Shown: piece after piece, positions 39,128 to 48,351 of the stretch
How the letters are laid out: each line of letters opens with the position of its first letter
Position numbering within the stretch: position 1 is the first letter of the stretch
NCBI GenBank assembly: GCA_028710495.1
Contig: JAQUST010000005.1
Span: 1,476-65,475 of the forward strand
Direction: 5' to 3'
DNA from: Clostridia bacterium
Lineage (GTDB): Bacteria > Bacillota > Clostridia > Christensenellales > CAG-917
Length of the DNA: 64,000 bases
Notes under the pieces: generated by a model
What the model was told of the DNA's origin: nothing
The model's database searches: none
What the model saw: only the letters and a program-made list of their open reading frames with translations
Translations under genes and position numbers: made by a program

Positions 39128-39247
39128 ATGAATTAGAAAATGTTTTGAGCAAGAGCTAGATAAAATATGAAACTTTTAGAGGAAAGGCTAGGTAAATATG
39201 AATAGTTTTGAGGAAGGGCTGGGTAAATTATGAAACGATTTGAGATA
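39121..39247 (+). repeat. four tandem units of about 32 bp, the last carrying the GH31 start codon
   Basis: The units are at 39121-39152, 39153-39185, 39186-39216 and 39217-39247. The consensus is GRGCTRGRTAAATWATGAAAYNTTTGAGGAA. Confidence 0.85.
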
Positions 39248-41545
39248 TCATGCAATCCTGTTGCCAAAGAACAAACCATCGTTGGACATGGCTATCGTTT
39301 GAGCGTGTTGTCCCCAACTATTTTGCGTGTTGAACTTTCAAAAACCAACACTTTTGAAAACAGACCCTCGCAAATGGTTTTTTGCCGTGATTTTTGCGCT
39401 ACCAAATTTACATCTTCTGAAAATGCGACCTCAATTATTATTGAAACGAGTTGCAATATTTTTTCATTCAGCAAAAGCACAAAAAAAGTACAAGTTTTAG
39501 CAAAAGAAGACAATGAGGACGAAAGAGGAAACACGGAGCAGATTTTTGCGCCTCGAAAACTCACAAAGCGCGGAAATCTTGGAGGAACAAGACGCACGAT
39601 AGATTTTAAGATGGGCGCTGTACCACTCGGGAAAGGACTTATGTCAAAAGGTGGGGTCACAGTAGTTGATGACAGCAAAAATTTTGTTATAAATCCTGAT
39701 GGAACGCTAACTCCACGAGTTCTCAAAACAAAAGATTTTTATGTTTTTGCATTCGATAAATATTATGCTGACGGACTAACAGACTATTTCAAGTTGACGG
39801 GGTTTCCGCCGATTCTTCCGAAGTATGCGCTTGGCAACTGGTGGTCAAGATATTATCCATACAGCGAAACTAGCTATCTTGCGCTTATGGATAAGTTCGC
39901 CGAGAAACGGATACCGCTTAGCGTTGCCACAATAGATATGGACTGGCATTGGGTGAAAGAAGTTCCAAAGGAATTTGGCTCCGGCTGGACAGGCTACAGC
40001 TGGAACACAGGACTTTTCCCCGATTACAAACGCTTTTTGAATGAACTCAAAGCGCGCGGACTCGCAATCACGCTCAATATTCATCCCGCAACCGGTGTGC
40101 GTGCATTTGAAGATATGTACGAAGATATGGCGAAGGCGATGGGTGTTGATCCTGACACAAAACAAAATATCGAATTTGACCTTTCAAATCCAAAATTTTT
40201 GGATGCATATTTCAAAGTTTTACACAATCCTTATGAAAAAGACGGCGTTGATTTTTGGTGGATAGATTGGCAACAAGGCAATAAGTCAACCGTTAAAGGT
40301 CTTGATCCGCTTTGGCTACTCAATCATTATCACACTCTTGACATCAATCGTGGCGAAAAAAACGGATTAATATTATCACGATATGCAAAACTTGGCAGTC
40401 ATCGCTACCCGTTGGGATTTTCAGGCGATTGTATTATGGCTTGGAAGAGTCTGAAGTTTCAACCTTATTTTACCTCAACCGCTTCAAATGTCGGGTACAC
40501 TTGGTGGTCGCATGATATAGGAGGACATGTTTTTGGCAGAAGTGATGATGAGTTGTATTTAAGATGGCTTCAGTGGGGAGTTTTTTCTCCGATAAACCGC
40601 TTGCATTCCTCAAACGGTGCATTTATGGGAAAAGAACCATGGCTGTATCGCAAGGATGTTGAGGAATACGCTGAAAGTTTTCTGAGGTTACGTCACAAAA
40701 TGCTACCATATCTTTACACTTCAAACGTGTTGACAGCAATGAATGGTGAGCCGCTTCTTTCACCAATGTACTACAATCTGACAGCAGATGACGATCTCAA
40801 ACTTGCCTACAAATCCAAAGCCTCATATTTCTTTGGAAGTCAGCTTATTGCTGCGCCTGTGACCGCAAAGCTGAAGCCAAAATTTAATCGCGCAGGTGTA
40901 AAATTCTATATGCCTACGGGAGAATGGACCGATATTTTCACTGCTCAGAAATATAGTGGCGGAAAGAATGTAAAACTTTTTAGAAAACTTGACAGCATTC
41001 CCGTTCTTGCAAAGTCGGGAGCAATAATCCCGATGTTAAAAGACGAAAATTCAAATAAGCAATCGTTTGAAAATATTGAAGTTTGGGTATACAAAGGTTT
41101 TGGCAGTTACACAATGTTTGATGACAATAAAGCTTCTGTGTCTTTTGAAAGTGCTTTAACAAATGACGGTTTAGCATTCAACATTTCAGCGCCAAATGGA
41201 AAGCTTGTAACAAAATCAATAAAAATTATTTTCAAAGATATAGTTTCTGCCGAGATAATGCTTGACGGAGTTGCTTTTAGGAGCGGAAACAGCGTTGATG
41301 TTATTCCGAACACTGAGCACAAGATTGAATTGAACAATATAAAGACTGCAGAACCCAAAGAATATTTGAAAGAAGTAGAAGATTTGTTGCAAGACTATCA
41401 CATCTTCACGCCGACACGCCGCATTATTTTTGCAATGATAAGAAAAACCAAAAATCGTGATGAAGCATACAAACTCGTTCGACGTATGTTACTCAGAAAA
41501 GATGTCAAGGGTGCTTTGCTTGAAATTCTAGGGTTGGAGAAATAA
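39230..41545 (+). CDS. glycoside hydrolase family 31 protein
   Basis: It has a TIM-barrel region with VDFWWIDWQQG (nucleophile region) and WWSHDIGGH (acid/base region, like HDIGGF of YicI). Length is 771 aa. Confidence 0.7.
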   Translation: MKRFEISCNPVAKEQTIVGHGYRLSVLSPTILRVELSKTNTFENRPSQMVFCRDFCATKFTSSENATSIIIETSCNIFSFSKSTKKVQVLAKEDNEDERGNTEQIFAPRKLTKRGNLGGTRRTIDFKMGAVPLGKGLMSKGGVTVVDDSKNFVINPDGTLTPRVLKTKDFYVFAFDKYYADGLTDYFKLTGFPPILPKYALGNWWSRYYPYSETSYLALMDKFAEKRIPLSVATIDMDWHWVKEVPKEFGSGWTGYSWNTGLFPDYKRFLNELKARGLAITLNIHPATGVRAFEDMYEDMAKAMGVDPDTKQNIEFDLSNPKFLDAYFKVLHNPYEKDGVDFWWIDWQQGNKSTVKGLDPLWLLNHYHTLDINRGEKNGLILSRYAKLGSHRYPLGFSGDCIMAWKSLKFQPYFTSTASNVGYTWWSHDIGGHVFGRSDDELYLRWLQWGVFSPINRLHSSNGAFMGKEPWLYRKDVEEYAESFLRLRHKMLPYLYTSNVLTAMNGEPLLSPMYYNLTADDDLKLAYKSKASYFFGSQLIAAPVTAKLKPKFNRAGVKFYMPTGEWTDIFTAQKYSGGKNVKLFRKLDSIPVLAKSGAIIPMLKDENSNKQSFENIEVWVYKGFGSYTMFDDNKASVSFESALTNDGLAFNISAPNGKLVTKSIKIIFKDIVSAEIMLDGVAFRSGNSVDVIPNTEHKIELNNIKTAEPKEYLKEVEDLLQDYHIFTPTRRIIFAMIRKTKNRDEAYKLVRRMLLRKDVKGALLEILGLEK

Positions 41546-41546
41546 T

Positions 41547-41930
41547 ATGTTACAAGTGATTTTCACGGCAGAGAATGAAATACTTTTGCCGCTCTACAAA
41601 AATTTATTCCAATTGAACAAAGTCGAGGGCGCAAATTATGTTTTGCTAGAAGATGGAGTAGCAATCGGAGTTTGTCAAATGACAATCGGCACTGATGTCG
41701 AAATAAGCAATTTCGCAGTTCAAAAAGGAAAGGATGATTTGCGTGTGCAGGATTTTTTCTTTCGCACGGTACTTTTCAAACTTTCATTCAATCCATTCAT
41801 AGTCAAAGTCAAAAAAGTGGATGAAAGGCTATTGCAATTCGGGTTCACCGAAGACGGCGATGGAGGAATGGAAATGTTGTCGACACAAGTGCAATTTCCC
41901 TCAAGTTGTGATTGCAATCACAAAAAATAG
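41547..41930 (+). CDS. hypothetical protein, possibly with a GNAT-like fold
   Basis: The 127-aa ORF starts 1 nt after the GH31 stop. It resembles an acetyltransferase core only weakly (GVAIGVCQM...ISNFAV). Confidence 0.45.
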   Translation: MLQVIFTAENEILLPLYKNLFQLNKVEGANYVLLEDGVAIGVCQMTIGTDVEISNFAVQKGKDDLRVQDFFFRTVLFKLSFNPFIVKVKKVDERLLQFGFTEDGDGGMEMLSTQVQFPSSCDCNHKK

Positions 41931-41957
41931 TCTAGGAAATCAAATGCTTTTGCAAAA

Positions 41958-42030
41958 CTAAGAACGGTTTCAAATCAAAGAACGGTTGCAAAACCAAGTA
42001 CGATTTCAAAAGTAAGAACAATTTCAAAAT
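41958..42030. repeat. four degenerate 18-19-bp tandem units upstream of glnS
   Basis: The units are CTAAGAACGGTTTCAAAT / CAAAGAACGGTTGCAAAAC / CAAGTACGATTTCAAAAG / TAAGAACAATTTCAAAAT. Confidence 0.8.
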
Positions 42031-42138
42031 AGTGTGGCGTTTCTAGATTGAAAGCAAAGAAATAATACTGATTTTGTTTAGAAGTGCAACGCAAATCAAA
42101 AAAAGAAAAAGTTTAAGCAATGCTTAAAGGAAGAAAAT

Positions 42139-43757
42139 ATGGAAATAGAAAGTAGCAATTTTATTGAAGACATCATCAGAGATGACTTAAAAAGTGGCAA
42201 ACATAAAAAAATTATCACGCGTTTTCCGCCTGAGCCAAACGGTTATTTGCACATTGGTCACGCAAAGGCTATATGTATAAATTTTGGAATGAAAGAAAAA
42301 TTTGGCGGAGAGTGCAATCTTCGTTTTGATGACACAAACCCAGTTAAAGAAGACAACGAATATGTTGACGCAATTATGGAAGACATCAAATGGCTAGGAT
42401 TTGAGTGGGACAGAGTTCTTTATGCATCAGATTATTTTGAAGAAATGTACAACCGCGCGGTTTTGCTTATAAAAAAGGGTTTGGCATATGTTTGTGACCT
42501 TAGTGCCGCAGAGATAAGCGCATCGAGAGGTTCTTTGACAAGCGTAGGCAACGAAAGCCCATACCGCAACAGAAGCATTGAGGAAAACCTTGACCTTTTC
42601 AAAAAGATGCGTGAAGGGGCATTCGCTGATGGAGAAAAATGTCTTCGTGCAAAAATTGATATGACTTCACCAAATATAAATATGCGTGACCCTGTCATTT
42701 ACCGTGTGCTTCGAGCTGAGCATCCTCACACTGGAAACAAGTGGTTGATTTATCCGATATACGATTTTGCGCATCCGCTTGAGGACGCAATCGAGGGAAT
42801 CACTCATTCGCTATGTTCGCTTGAGTTTGAAGACCACCGCCCGTTATATGACTGGTTCACGGAAAACTGTGATTTCAATCCACGCCCACGCCAGATAGAG
42901 TTTGCAAGACTCAATTTGACACGCGCCGTTATGAGCAAACGCTATCTCAAAAAGCTTGTTGATGAGGGTAAAGTTTCAGGGTGAATGACCCGAGAATGAG
43001 CACTCTTTCAGGAATGAGAGAAAGAGGCTACCCACCTGAAGCTATTCGTGATTTTTGCGGAAGAATTGGAGTGGCAAAGTCAAATTCGGAAGTTGATGTG
43101 GCAATTTTGGAACATTGTGTTCGTGAGTTTTTGAATGCAAGAGCAACAAGAGTTATGGTTGTCACAAAGCCGTTGAAGCTTATTGTCGACAATTATCCTG
43201 AGGGGCAAAGCGAAGATATATATATTGAAAACAATCCGCAAGATGAGAGCGCAGGCACACACGCAACAACTTTTTCGCGCGAAATTTTCATTGAACAGGA
43301 TGATTTTTCACTCAATCCTCCACCAAAATATTTCCGTTTGAAGCCTGATGGAATAGTGCGTTTGAAAGGGGCATATATCGTCAAATATATTGGGGTTGAA
43401 AAGGATGAAAACGACAATGTGACGGCAGTGCATTGTGAGTATATTGAAGACAGCAAATCAGGTGGAGTCAATGCAGGAATGAAAGTCAAAGGAACTATTC
43501 ATTGGGTCGATTCAAAAACCTGCTTCGATGTTAAACTGAATATGTATGATAGTTTGATACTTGATGGCGAGGGAGATTTCGCAGACAGAATCAACCCAAA
43601 TTCGCTAATTATTGAGAGTGGAAAGGCAGAATACTTCCTTAAAAATGCAGAAGCGGGAGACAAATTCCAGTTTATGAGAGAGGGATATTTTGTCAAAACA
43701 TTAAAAGAAAATGAATACAATTCGATTGTCAGCCTGAAGGACACTTTCAACAAATAA
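42139..43757 (+). pseudogene. glnS: glutaminyl-tRNA synthetase interrupted by a 1-nt frameshift at about 42982
   Basis: ORFs 42139..42984 and 42981..43757 together are colinear with GlnRS (HIGH: [13 protein letters not shown]; KMSKS-type: VMSKR). The junction ...LVDEGKVSG* / (V)NDPRMSTLSGMRERGY corresponds to the conserved ...EGWDDPRMPTISGLRRRGY. The sequence GGGTGAATGAC looks like GGGTGGAATGAC minus one G. Confidence 0.85.
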
Positions 43758-43862
43758 TAGGGTTAATGTTGCAAAATTGCACATTAAAATGCATTTTATG
43801 CTGTAAACAGCAAACAATATTGAAGCATAGAGTTTCAGCAATTAAACTTTCAACAATAATTT

Positions 43863-43895
43863 CTGCACCCCAAAAGGTGCAGTTTTTGTTTGTTT
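43863..43895 (+). terminator. intrinsic terminator after glnS
   Basis: CTGCACC-CCAAAA-GGTGCAG followed by TTTTTGTTTGTTT. Confidence 0.8.
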
Positions 43896-43928
43896 AGCCA
43901 TTGGTAAAAATTGCTCAAGGAAAAAGTC

Positions 43929-43957
43929 TTGCGCATTTCTTCTCGCGCGTGTATAAT
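43929..43957 (+). promoter_or_regulatory. promoter of the zinc-ribbon/membrane-protein operon
   Basis: TTGCGC (43929-43934), a 17-nt spacer, then TATAAT (43952-43957). Confidence 0.5.
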
Positions 43958-44019
43958 AAAAATACTAAAGTCTATTTATGATGCGCAAATAGCATTGTTT
44001 GGGCGCAATAGGAGAAATT

Positions 44020-45192
44020 ATGTTTTATTGTAGAAACTGCAAATCACAAGTTACGGCAGGTCAGGCGCAATGCTCTGTTTGTGGTTGCGATGTTGTTGAC
44101 AATTATGAAGTAGTTTGCTCATCTTGCGGTACTCACAATAAAGGCGGCAGTCGTTTTTGTGCGACCTGTGGCGGATTGCTTCCAATGATAAAAAAACCGA
44201 TTTGCGTAATTTGCGGAACACAAAATGTTCCAGGCGCAAAGTTTTGTTCCAGTTGCGGCGCGCCAATGCTTATGACTGAGGACACTCACACCGAACAAGA
44301 TATAATTGAGCAACGCAAACAAAAAATGAGAGGTGACCTCATTGAGAAAGAGCGTATTCAGGCAGTGGATGAAGAAGTATTGCGCCGTCGTCAAAGAATT
44401 GCTCAAGAGGAACTCAAATCCCGTGATATTATTGCTGAGCGTGAACGCGAATGTGACGACTACATAAACCGCAAGGCAGAAAAGCTTGAAAGATACAAGA
44501 GGATGATTGAAGAATCAGATTCTCCCGACACTATAAAACTAAAAAAACTTGTCAATGGAGTAAAAAGCTATTCGCGTTTCTTGTCCGCCCCGTTTAGTGA
44601 ACTTTCTGACAAGGAAAAAGAAGAAGCAGTATTTATCTGCCCGGTTTGTGGAGCAGAAAACAGTCTTGCCTCAAAAGAATGTTATGCTTGCGGAAGAAAC
44701 AAAGTGCGTTCTCAAAAGCTTGCGCAAAAAGGGAAAATTGTCAGAGTTTCAAACTTCGGAATAACGAACAAAAAAATGGTTACGCCAATTGATGAGATAG
44801 ACATTAGCGATGTGTACAGATTAAGTTTCAAAGATATTACTGACGAAACAAAACCGCACGCTTTTGAAAAGCATAAGGGAGAAAACCAAAATGCAGAAAA
44901 AGTAGCAATGCAAAATTCTATGCCCACTTATCTGCAACAACCCAATGCTCCTCAAGAAGCGCCACGATATTCGCAAAACTTTGTGACCGCTCCATACAAT
45001 CCTGCTTATCAAACGCAAGGAGGGCAGTTCCAAGTCGCGCCTAGTTTTCAAGGTTGCAAACCCGGTGAACCGTACCAAATGCCTCCGATTGTACAACCAG
45101 TTGCTTTTGTGCCGTATGTCACTCAAGATCAGCCTATTTTGCAGTATGCAGAGGGCAATGAGATAACAAACAAAAACGGGGGGCAAAAATGA
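44020..45192 (+). CDS. multi-zinc-ribbon, coiled-coil protein with a P/Q-rich tail
   Basis: The ATG at 44020 is preceded by AGGAG. Three N-terminal CxxC...CxxC ribbons (CRNC..CSVC; CSSC..CATC; CVIC..CSSC) are followed by an R/E/K coiled coil and a fourth ribbon (CPVC..CYAC). The tail ends ...PPIVQPVAFVPYVTQDQPILQY.... Confidence 0.7.
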   Translation: MFYCRNCKSQVTAGQAQCSVCGCDVVDNYEVVCSSCGTHNKGGSRFCATCGGLLPMIKKPICVICGTQNVPGAKFCSSCGAPMLMTEDTHTEQDIIEQRKQKMRGDLIEKERIQAVDEEVLRRRQRIAQEELKSRDIIAERERECDDYINRKAEKLERYKRMIEESDSPDTIKLKKLVNGVKSYSRFLSAPFSELSDKEKEEAVFICPVCGAENSLASKECYACGRNKVRSQKLAQKGKIVRVSNFGITNKKMVTPIDEIDISDVYRLSFKDITDETKPHAFEKHKGENQNAEKVAMQNSMPTYLQQPNAPQEAPRYSQNFVTAPYNPAYQTQGGQFQVAPSFQGCKPGEPYQMPPIVQPVAFVPYVTQDQPILQYAEGNEITNKNGGQK

Positions 45193-46013
45193 GCTTTGAA
45201 GATGAAAATGTAAGCAACGAAAATCTTTGCTACACTGAGCTTCCGATAAACAAGCCCTGTCCAATCGAGCGCCCTGAGATAAATATTCAGCTTGCACCTA
45301 TTGTTCAGCCAATGACAATCAATGCAACTGTCAATACAGTCGGAGCAATGGGCTCGCCAGGCATGCCGACGGCGACAATGACTCCTGATGGGCCGATTGT
45401 TGTGAGCGGTGTTGATGCAAAAGGCAAGCCAATTATTATCAATACTGAAAAAAAGTCGAAACGCATAAAAAATCTGATTGCCGGTATTGTAATGCTTATC
45501 GCGAGCGTTATTGTACTTTTGCCGTTCATATTTTCGTTGGATTCAATTGCGGGCAGTATGGTCAATTTGTATGCCTTTATGCCTGGATTGAATTTGCAGG
45601 GAAGTTTGAACGCCATTCAAAATACAATAACATTTTTCTCCAATACTGCAGCTATGGCGAGTATTTGGAGATCCACGATGCCAAGTCTTTTGATTGCTAT
45701 AGGACTTCTGTTTGTAGTTTTCAATATTGTCAAGGCATTTGTTGGAATTTTTGGCGGAGTGAAAGGTCGAAAATATATTGTAAATTCACTATTGACAATC
45801 GGGTTTTGTGCAACTGTTGTTTTACTACAACTTATTGGTGTTGACGCCATTGGCTTGCCAAAAATTGATTTTGTGCAGGAAGTCGTTTTTGGATGGAAAT
45901 ATTCACAGACTTTCGTTATTTTGGCGGTTGCTTTGGTAAACGTTGTTGCCGCTTGTATTTGCGCAATTTTTGTTCCCAAAAAACCGATGTACGATATGGG
46001 ATACAGAAGATAA
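45189..46013 (+). CDS. polytopic membrane protein, unknown function
   Basis: Its start overlaps the upstream stop (ATGA). A soluble N-terminus contains IQLAPIVQP, followed by about 5 TM helices. Confidence 0.65.
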   Translation: MSFEDENVSNENLCYTELPINKPCPIERPEINIQLAPIVQPMTINATVNTVGAMGSPGMPTATMTPDGPIVVSGVDAKGKPIIINTEKKSKRIKNLIAGIVMLIASVIVLLPFIFSLDSIAGSMVNLYAFMPGLNLQGSLNAIQNTITFFSNTAAMASIWRSTMPSLLIAIGLLFVVFNIVKAFVGIFGGVKGRKYIVNSLLTIGFCATVVLLQLIGVDAIGLPKIDFVQEVVFGWKYSQTFVILAVALVNVVAACICAIFVPKKPMYDMGYRR

Positions 46014-46076
46014 GCTTGATAAAATTGGATGAAAGTGATAAAGTATGAAGTTCCAACCGTCTTTTAAGGAGCATTT

Positions 46077-47009
46077 ATGGCAAAATTGAAAAATAATGAA
46101 ATAGAATACAACTACGAAGAAGAAAATTATCAACCTATATATGAATCACAGGCTGAAGAACTTTCTGTAGCAAGCGAAGGTTTATATACTGAAAGCGAAA
46201 CACAAGAATCAGTTGCAAACGCAAGCGAACCAAATCAACTTGCAGATGCAGAAGTAAAGATGTCCGTACTAAAACCAATAGGCGGTGGCGCTGTTCCTAT
46301 AACTCCGCCTTCACCGATAATTCAACTCCAACCTATCGTTGTTCCCATAGCGATTGTTCCATATGCCGCGCAAAACCAAAAACTTTTGCAATATGACAAT
46401 AACGGTCAAGCTATCAATCCCGCTACGACTCCAACCGCACCTCAATCAACAAATAATGAGGAAGTATTTACTCCGCAATATTATGGACAAAAGTCGAATG
46501 CAGTTCCCGCAAGCGCAAGTGCAAACAGAGGCAGAAGCGCACTTATATTGATATTATCACTATTGTTTCTTGTACCATTTTTGATTGCGTACTTCAAAGC
46601 TGACCTCATTCCGTCCTTGATTTTGTCAGATTTGAATGTAATTGGGAAAACACTAAGTTATATCGGCGGAGTGCAGTTTATTTTGACGGGTGAAATTCCT
46701 TATCTTATGTTGACGGTTGCATTTGGTTTTGTTGCTATTTGTGTTATATTATCGTTGGTCACACTTTTTGCGGGCAAATATAGCAAAATTGGCACGCTGG
46801 TGCTTTCATTGTTCCCTGCTTTGCTTTCGATAGGCATAGTGATTTATGCTTTTGTTCCAACATTCGGGCTTCTTGCAGTAAACAAAATCGTATATATTAT
46901 TCCTGCGGCAATAGGACTTTTGCAAGCAATAATTGCTATTGCATTTGCAGTCGGAAAGAAAATTCCGCAGAACGGAAATATAAATCAAAGAGTAAGCGGG
47001 GTTATCTAA
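46077..47009 (+). CDS. polytopic membrane protein, unknown function; same architecture as 45189..46013
   Basis: An acidic N-terminus and the motif IQLQPIVVPIAIVPYAAQNQKLLQY are followed by about 5 TM helices. Confidence 0.65.
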   Translation: MAKLKNNEIEYNYEEENYQPIYESQAEELSVASEGLYTESETQESVANASEPNQLADAEVKMSVLKPIGGGAVPITPPSPIIQLQPIVVPIAIVPYAAQNQKLLQYDNNGQAINPATTPTAPQSTNNEEVFTPQYYGQKSNAVPASASANRGRSALILILSLLFLVPFLIAYFKADLIPSLILSDLNVIGKTLSYIGGVQFILTGEIPYLMLTVAFGFVAICVILSLVTLFAGKYSKIGTLVLSLFPALLSIGIVIYAFVPTFGLLAVNKIVYIIPAAIGLLQAIIAIAFAVGKKIPQNGNINQRVSGVI

Positions 47010-47021
47010 AAATAAAAAATC

Positions 47022-47057
47022 CGGGCGCTCAAATGAGCGCCCGTTAAATATTTTTTC
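47022..47057 (+). terminator. intrinsic terminator
   Basis: CGGGCGCTC-AAAT-GAGCGCCCG followed by TTAAATATTTTTT. Confidence 0.75.
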
Positions 47058-47085
47058 AAATCGTTCGAGTTTACATTGCGAAAAA

Positions 47086-47203
47086 CGGAGCAAAAAATGG
47101 CTCTAAAAAACGGAGCAAAAAATGGCTCTGAAAAATGGAGCAAAAAATGGCTCTGAAAAATGGAGCAAAAATAGCTCTGAAAAATGGAGCAAAAATAGCT
47201 CTG
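47086..47203. repeat. five tandem units of about 25 bp, YGGAGCAAAAAATGGCTCTGAAAAA
   Basis: The units are at 47086-47110, 47111-47135, 47136-47160, 47161-47184 and 47185-47203. They are embedded in a second repeat level (47214-47267 and 47294-47346). Confidence 0.9.
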
Positions 47204-47345
47204 TTGAAATTAAATACAAAAGTAAGTAACAATAGATGCTATTAAAGTTCGTATTGCGAAAAACGGAGCTGGATATGGCTTTATTGAAAACAGATACAAA
47301 AGTAAGTAATAATAGACGCTTTGAAGTTTACATAGCGAAAAACGG

Positions 47346-48149
47346 ATGCATATGTCATTAAGAATTTGTTCATTTTCAAGCGGAAGCAGAGGAAATTGCA
47401 GCCTCGTGAGCAATGGTCGCACCAATATATTGGTTGATGCGGGCATTTCTTTTTCGCGCTTGAAGAAATCTTTAGCCACCCTTGATTTGAAAGTTGAAGA
47501 CCTGAACGGAGTTGTCATAACTCACGAACACTCTGACCATGTGTGCGGACTCAATTTGCTAAAAGACCACACCACAGTATATGCGCACGAGCTCACGGCA
47601 AAGGCGATTGAAGAAAAGCGCAAAATAAAGCTGGAAAATCTCGCAGATGTTCCTACATACGAATTAGGTTTTGAAGTGGGAGATATATTTGTTGTTCCGT
47701 TTCGCTTGCCACACGATGCTGCTTATCCGTTAGGCTATTCTTTTTATAATAATGGACAAAAAATTTGTGTTGCCACAGATATCGGGCATATTACTCAGGG
47801 AATTGTCAAGAATTTGTCAGGGAGCAATATACTTTTGCTTGAGGCAAATCACGATGTCGATATGCTCAAAAACGGGTGTTATGCAGAGGTGTTGAAACGC
47901 AGGATTTTGGGAGACAACGGTCACCTTTCAAACGAAAACTCGGCTAGAGTTGTGGCGAATATTTTGTCGCAAAAGTTGGAACGAGTAATTTTGGGACACT
48001 TAAGTCAAGAAAATAATTTGGCAGAGCTTGCCTACTCGGCAGTTGCAAGTGGCATCAACAACGCGGGCGCAAAAGCAGGTAAGGATGTTATTATTGAAGT
48101 TGCAACGCAACATCAGTCCACATCGTGCTTTGAAATAAAGCGGTGTTAA
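47346..48149 (+). CDS. MBL-fold metallo-hydrolase (WalJ/YycJ-like)
   Basis: It begins SGSRGNCSLVSNGRTNILVDAGIS and has the motif THEHSDHVCGL (HxHxDH). Length is 267 aa. The start is the ATG at either 47346 or 47352. Confidence 0.82.
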   Translation: MHMSLRICSFSSGSRGNCSLVSNGRTNILVDAGISFSRLKKSLATLDLKVEDLNGVVITHEHSDHVCGLNLLKDHTTVYAHELTAKAIEEKRKIKLENLADVPTYELGFEVGDIFVVPFRLPHDAAYPLGYSFYNNGQKICVATDIGHITQGIVKNLSGSNILLLEANHDVDMLKNGCYAEVLKRRILGDNGHLSNENSARVVANILSQKLERVILGHLSQENNLAELAYSAVASGINNAGAKAGKDVIIEVATQHQSTSCFEIKRC

Positions 48150-48351
48150 GCATACATATCGATATAAAAAATGAAAATCAAAAAAGTAAAAACGAGGTCA
48201 ACTTTATTTCTTAAACGGACTTTTCAATCAAAATAGAAACTTTTTTCAAACAAAACAAAGAAACAAAACTAAAAAAACTTGAAAAGAACAAACAAAACTA
48301 AGAATAAATTTGAAAAGAACAAAATAAACAACAATCGACCGCGGTGGAAAA

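Noticed and set aside
42976-42990. A programmed ribosomal frameshift in glnS (prfB-like).
   Set aside because: The required shift is -1, at GGG-TGA, with no slippery heptamer or upstream SD-like stimulator. The shifted product would replace the invariant Trp with Val. A simple 1-nt deletion or an indel error explains the sequence better.
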